From Thermodesulfobacteriota bacterium (GTDB lineage: Bacteria > Desulfobacterota_D > UBA1144 > Nemesobacterales > Nemesobacteraceae), in contig OZ241855.1 in the NCBI GenBank assembly GCA_965202785.1, positions 288,001 to 352,000 on the forward strand: 64,000 bases of DNA. Direction: 5' to 3'. The translations under genes and the position numbers were made by a program. Shown one piece after another: positions 59,704-64,000 of this stretch. The notes beneath the pieces were generated by a model. It was not told where the DNA came from. It saw only the letters and a program-made list of their open reading frames with translations, and made no database searches. How positions within the stretch are numbered: the first letter of the stretch is position 1; each line of letters starts with the position of its first letter.

Positions 59704-61260
59704 ATGCAAGCACAATCAATACTGCTGTTTTTGGTACTCTTCGGACTTGGATTCGCTGCCCATCTGATTTACAAGATGATCATGGAGAAAAACGGAATCA
59801 GCAAAAGCCAAAAACAGGCACAGAGCATAATCCAAAAAGCGGAAAAACAGGCAGAAGAGATAAAAAACAGGGCGGAGAACAGAGCGAAAAAACTCGTTAA
59901 GGACAAAAACTCTCAGATGCAGAGAATGTCAAGCGAAAAGCGCAAGGAATTTTCCGCTACGGAAAAAAAGCTAAAAGGAAGGGAAGAGAAACTTGGCAAA
60001 GAATATAGCGAAATTGACAGAAAGAAGACGGAAATTGAGAAAGTGCAGGCGGAACTAGAGAGCAAAGACCTGGCTCTTGAGGAGAAGCAGAGAACTCTTG
60101 ATGAGAACATTGAAGAGATAAAGGAAAAAATAGAAGAGGTGTCAGGTCTTACCCGCGAGGGAGCGAAAGCCGAACTCGTAAGACTGGTTGAGGACGAGGC
60201 AAGACACGAGGCGGCGAAAAGACTCAAGCAGATAGAAGAAGAATGCAGTTCCTCGGCCGAGCGGAAGGCAAAGGACATAATATCCCTTGCCATCCAGAGA
60301 TACTCCGGAAGCTACACGAGCGAGAAAACGGTGTCGGTCGTCAATCTTCCAAGCGACGACGTAAAGGGAAGAATTATCGGGCGCGAAGGACGGAACATCC
60401 GCTCCATAGAGCTTCGTACCGGGGTGGACATCATTATCGACGACACGCCCGAGACGGTCGTGATTTCGTGCTTTAATCCCATAAGGCGGGAAGTGGCGAA
60501 AATTTCGCTTGAGCGGCTGATAGCGGACGGGAGAATTCACCCCGCAAGAATCGAGGAAGTGGTGACCGAGGTTGAAAAGGAAATAGAAAGGGAGATACAG
60601 AAAGAGGGGGAACAGGCGCTTTTTGATCTCGGCATAAGCGGCATGCATCCGGAACTTATAAACAAGCTTGGGATGCTTAAATACAGAACGAGCTACTCGC
60701 AGAACATACTCAATCACTCGATTGAAGTAGGGTTCATCTGCGGAATGCTCGCTTCTGAAATCGGTTACAACGAGAAACTCGCCAAAAGAGCCGGACTGCT
60801 CCACGACATAGGAAAAGCGGTCGATCACGAGGTTGAAGGTTCCCATGTGGACATAGGAACGAACATCGTCAAAAAATACGGCGAACCCCCTGAAATTGTT
60901 GACACACTTGAAAAAACCCACGATCCCCAACCCCAGGGAATCCTGCCGCTTCTCGTACAGGCAGCTGACGCCATCTCGGCCGCCCGCCCAGGCGCCAGAA
61001 GGGAAACGTATGAGAACTACGTAAAAAGAATCGAGAGCATAGAAGGCGTGGCGAGTTCTTTCCCGGGCGTCGAGAGATGTTACGCGATTCAGGCGGGAAG
61101 AGAGGTAAGGGTGATAGTGGAAAGCGACCAGGTAAGCGACGAGGAGGGAGCTATCCTTTCGCATGAGATAGCCAAGAAGATAGAAAAAGAGGTCGTTTAT
61201 CCGGGACAGATAAAAATTATGGTCATAAGGGAAAGCAGGGCAACAGCATATGCCTCATAG
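59704..61260 (+). CDS. rny: Ribonuclease Y
   Basis: N-terminal TM, coiled coil, KH domain KGRIIGREGRNI, HD motif LLHDIGK, ADAISAARPGAR. Confidence 0.97.
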   Translation: MQAQSILLFLVLFGLGFAAHLIYKMIMEKNGISKSQKQAQSIIQKAEKQAEEIKNRAENRAKKLVKDKNSQMQRMSSEKRKEFSATEKKLKGREEKLGKEYSEIDRKKTEIEKVQAELESKDLALEEKQRTLDENIEEIKEKIEEVSGLTREGAKAELVRLVEDEARHEAAKRLKQIEEECSSSAERKAKDIISLAIQRYSGSYTSEKTVSVVNLPSDDVKGRIIGREGRNIRSIELRTGVDIIIDDTPETVVISCFNPIRREVAKISLERLIADGRIHPARIEEVVTEVEKEIEREIQKEGEQALFDLGISGMHPELINKLGMLKYRTSYSQNILNHSIEVGFICGMLASEIGYNEKLAKRAGLLHDIGKAVDHEVEGSHVDIGTNIVKKYGEPPEIVDTLEKTHDPQPQGILPLLVQAADAISAARPGARRETYENYVKRIESIEGVASSFPGVERCYAIQAGREVRVIVESDQVSDEEGAILSHEIAKKIEKEVVYPGQIKIMVIRESRATAYAS

Positions 61261-61348
61261 CAAACACGCCAAACGCGGGATCTTTGTGGTATATTACACC
61301 GGCACTTAAAAACAGACCGCAAAGCGGGAACCGTTGAAGGAGGAAGAA

Positions 61349-61804
61349 ATGCGAGAACCACGAGACAAGGAAAAACCGGAAAAAACACTCGAGCGCTTCA
61401 ACAAGGAAGCGCTTGATTTCATGATTGAGAACCAGAGCAAAATCGCCTGCGCGATCGTTTACGCCCTGTCTCATCTGAACCAGCCGCTAATCGCCGGATA
61501 TCAGCGCTATTTCAACAATAACGTAATACTGAAATACGATTCAAAAGCCGTATTCGCCCATAACTCCGACCTCCCGGATTTTCTGTGCGCGTATTTCATT
61601 TTGGTGAGAAAACCGGACAAGGCCGACAAAAAGGAAATCATTGAAGACTCCAAGATATACGTCAACAATTTCCTGGAGTTCAACATGGAGATACTTTCCG
61701 GAATATCCTGCTTCATCTTTGACATAGAAAGCGGCGAGATAATCGAAAGATTCGACCGAGGGAAAAAGGAAAGCATGGAACCCGTCGAGTTTCTCAATAT
61801 CTGA
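61349..61804 (+). CDS. Hypothetical protein
   Basis: 151-aa ORF with SD AAGGAGG; no family recognised. Confidence 0.6.
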   Translation: MREPRDKEKPEKTLERFNKEALDFMIENQSKIACAIVYALSHLNQPLIAGYQRYFNNNVILKYDSKAVFAHNSDLPDFLCAYFILVRKPDKADKKEIIEDSKIYVNNFLEFNMEILSGISCFIFDIESGEIIERFDRGKKESMEPVEFLNI

Positions 61805-61836
61805 GCATTTCGCTCCCAAGACCTTGGGCATTGAAG

Positions 61837-63231
61837 CTAGACATGTTTAAGTGAATCGACAAGTGCCCCAAGCGGCTTATCAGCCCCGGAGAACCTGTCC
61901 TTGAAAGTTCCCCCGTTTTCAAGCTTGAGCACACCCCTAGGACACACGGCCGAGCACACTCCGCATCCAACACACGACGCTCTCACTATGTTTTCGCCCT
62001 TCTGAGCGTAAGCTCTGACATCTATGCCCATCTCGCAGTAAGTGGAACAGTTCCCGCACGACATGCACTGGTCGCCGTTTGTGGTAATCCTGAATCTTGA
62101 AAGATACCTCTGGAAAATCCCCAGAACAGCCGCCATAGGACAACCGAAGCGACACCACACCCTGCTTCCCATTATGGGGTAAAAACCCACGCCTATGACC
62201 CCGGAGAAAATGGCTCCTATATAAAATCCATACCATTTTTTAAGAGACATCGAGGCTTCTCCGAACACCGCCCCCGAGGTTGCGGAATTAACCCAGAGAA
62301 GAATCGTGGTAACGACGATAAACACAAGCACAGAATGCACGATCCAGCGCTCTATCCGCCACGCCTTTTTTGATTTGTCAGAAAGCTGCCTCCACGGATC
62401 TCCCATGGTTTCCGCAAGTCCCCCGCAGCCGCACACCCAGGAACAGTACCACCTCTTGCCGAAATAGTAGGTAAGAAGCGGAGTGGCGATGAAGGTCATC
62501 ACGGCTCCCCAGAAAATAAGGAACATTCCAAGTCCGCCGGGATGGTTAACAAAATAGCTTAAAGTGCCCGGGAACAAGTATTCAGGCTTAAGAGGCCAGA
62601 AGTAGCTTAGGTAGAACTCAGGCTGGTTAAACAGCATAAGTATGTTGGGAATAAGAAAAGCGAACCCAAGCTGGAAAAACATCACGGAAGCCGTTCTGAT
62701 CTTCTGGTAGCGGTTATGCCTGTATTTCATGAACATCCTTACTCCGAAGACGAAAACAGCTACGGTGTAGAGAAAACCGTAGAAAAACCAGTTGTTGGCC
62801 GGAGAACCTGAAAGGGCCTGAGAAAGCGGGTTTACGATCTTTATTCCACCCGCCAAGTATTCGGGAAACCAGTAGAGGGCTATGTAGAAACCGGTGAACA
62901 CAATACCAACAAGCCAGCCGAGAATTCCCTTGTTGATTACTCCCCTGAAGTAGATGTTATCATGCTTTATTCCCGGAACGGTGCCTTTAAAGTTAAGGTA
63001 GAAATAAAACGCCGTACCGAAGAAAACGGGAAGAAATACCAGAAGAAATCCGACCCAGGTACCGCCCGGAGGCATACCCATGGACTGAAGAGCAAACATC
63101 AGTATTCCGAAACCCAAAACGGCAAGAGAAAGCTTTTCTCCGGTTCCAAGCGGCTTGTCCGGGGCCTTCTCCGGTTCCTCAAAACCAAGGGTTTCTTCGT
63201 CAAAATCGTAATCTGTAATGTTTTCTTCCAT
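61837..63231 (-). CDS. Membrane 4Fe-4S binding protein (NapH/YccM-like polyferredoxin)
   Basis: Multiple TMs, RWYCSWVCGCG, RVWCRFGCP, CMSCGNCSTYC, CVGCGVCSAVCP. Confidence 0.88.
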   Translation of the reverse strand: MEENITDYDFDEETLGFEEPEKAPDKPLGTGEKLSLAVLGFGILMFALQSMGMPPGGTWVGFLLVFLPVFFGTAFYFYLNFKGTVPGIKHDNIYFRGVINKGILGWLVGIVFTGFYIALYWFPEYLAGGIKIVNPLSQALSGSPANNWFFYGFLYTVAVFVFGVRMFMKYRHNRYQKIRTASVMFFQLGFAFLIPNILMLFNQPEFYLSYFWPLKPEYLFPGTLSYFVNHPGGLGMFLIFWGAVMTFIATPLLTYYFGKRWYCSWVCGCGGLAETMGDPWRQLSDKSKKAWRIERWIVHSVLVFIVVTTILLWVNSATSGAVFGEASMSLKKWYGFYIGAIFSGVIGVGFYPIMGSRVWCRFGCPMAAVLGIFQRYLSRFRITTNGDQCMSCGNCSTYCEMGIDVRAYAQKGENIVRASCVGCGVCSAVCPRGVLKLENGGTFKDRFSGADKPLGALVDSLKHV

Positions 63232-64000
63232 CAGGCAGCCTGTTTCCTTATCTCCTTTATTATTTCCGCCTCGCATTTTTCGTAGAATTCCGGATCGAAA
63301 TTAGCATCCCCCAGATGATCGAGCACATAGTCAAGAGATCTCTTCTCCGCCACCCAGCTCTCGCAAACCCTGTGGCTGTAGCGAAGGCCCATAACGTTTA
63401 TGCCGCAGACGGCTCCGTCCTTTGTAACGATTCTTATCGAACGGCTGTGATCGGGATGCTCCCAGTATAAATTGTCCTCCCCTTGGGCGGGAACGTTTCT
63501 CACGGTACCGTAAGTCTGGTATTCAAGATCGAAGAATTTGGCCGAGTTATACCATATCCCAGGATCATACACGCTCTGTCGGCCGGCTATTACCTCTCCC
63601 GCCGCTTTTCCCTGGTTCTTGCCCGTGTACCAGACCTGCTGAATAAGGTTCCTCCCTTCCCCCTCGGTGATTATCTCAGCGCAGTCCCCGGCGGCAAACA
63701 CGTCCGGGGTATCGGTCTTGAAGCTCCAGTCAACCAGAATCCCCCTCCCTGTCTTTATCCCGCTTGCCTTGGCAAGGGCTATGTTGGGACTTACTCCCGC
63801 AGTGAGACCGACGATCTGGCATTCGATGAATTCCTCCTTGTTGGTTACAACTCCCCGCACTCTTCCCGAGTCGTTCCCTACTATTTCCTTAAGTTCCGTT
63901 AAGAGCTTGAGGTCGATTCCCTGCTCCAGAATCACGCGGTTTATCATCCGCGATTCCTCAATCGGAAGGACGTTAGTCCAGTAGGACTCTTCTCTCACCA
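63231..64000 (-). CDS. NAD(P)/FAD-dependent pyridine nucleotide-disulfide oxidoreductase (5' truncated by window edge)
   Basis: GVSPN, GILVD, VFAAGDCAE, WYNSAKFFDLEYQTYG; stop overlaps the start of the 4Fe-4S gene. Confidence 0.85.
   Translation of the reverse strand, partial: VREESYWTNVLPIEESRMINRVILEQGIDLKLLTELKEIVGNDSGRVRGVVTNKEEFIECQIVGLTAGVSPNIALAKASGIKTGRGILVDWSFKTDTPDVFAAGDCAEIITEGEGRNLIQQVWYTGKNQGKAAGEVIAGRQSVYDPGIWYNSAKFFDLEYQTYGTVRNVPAQGEDNLYWEHPDHSRSIRIVTKDGAVCGINVMGLRYSHRVCESWVAEKRSLDYVLDHLGDANFDPEFYEKCEAEIIKEIRKQAA

Overview
This is a gene-dense bacterial chromosomal window (sampled lines about 50% GC) made mostly of housekeeping genes: pyrH-frr, serS, bamD, two dksA paralogs, prmA-mtnA, panBCD, rpsU-dnaG-rpoD, uppS-dxr-rseP, purK-purE, glyQS, hisAF, futalosine-pathway mqnA/mqnD, prfA and zapB-zapA-ygfA-rny. 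Gene content resembles the deltaproteobacterial lineages, possibly Ca. Dadabacteria/Desulfobacterota; this is my inference and is unchecked. I saw no CRISPR array, tRNA, integrase or transposase. The best candidate for an undescribed system is an AT-rich two-gene insert (about 33979-35604) flanked by imperfect inverted repeats. It encodes a DUF697-like membrane protein translationally coupled to a membrane-anchored protein with a PD-(D/E)XK-like D-x14-QxK motif. Other notable features are a stand-alone 5S rRNA with its own promoter, a strongly diverged RpoD, no 6S RNA at its usual locus, many apparently leaderless promoters, a DapF with Ser at both catalytic Cys positions, a LeuT-like transporter with an unannotated 32-aa partner, an RseP with an extra PDZ-like insert, a GGCT/amidohydrolase fusion, a steroid 5-alpha-reductase and a multiply disrupted purE. 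Several start sites were re-picked by eye from the ORF track.
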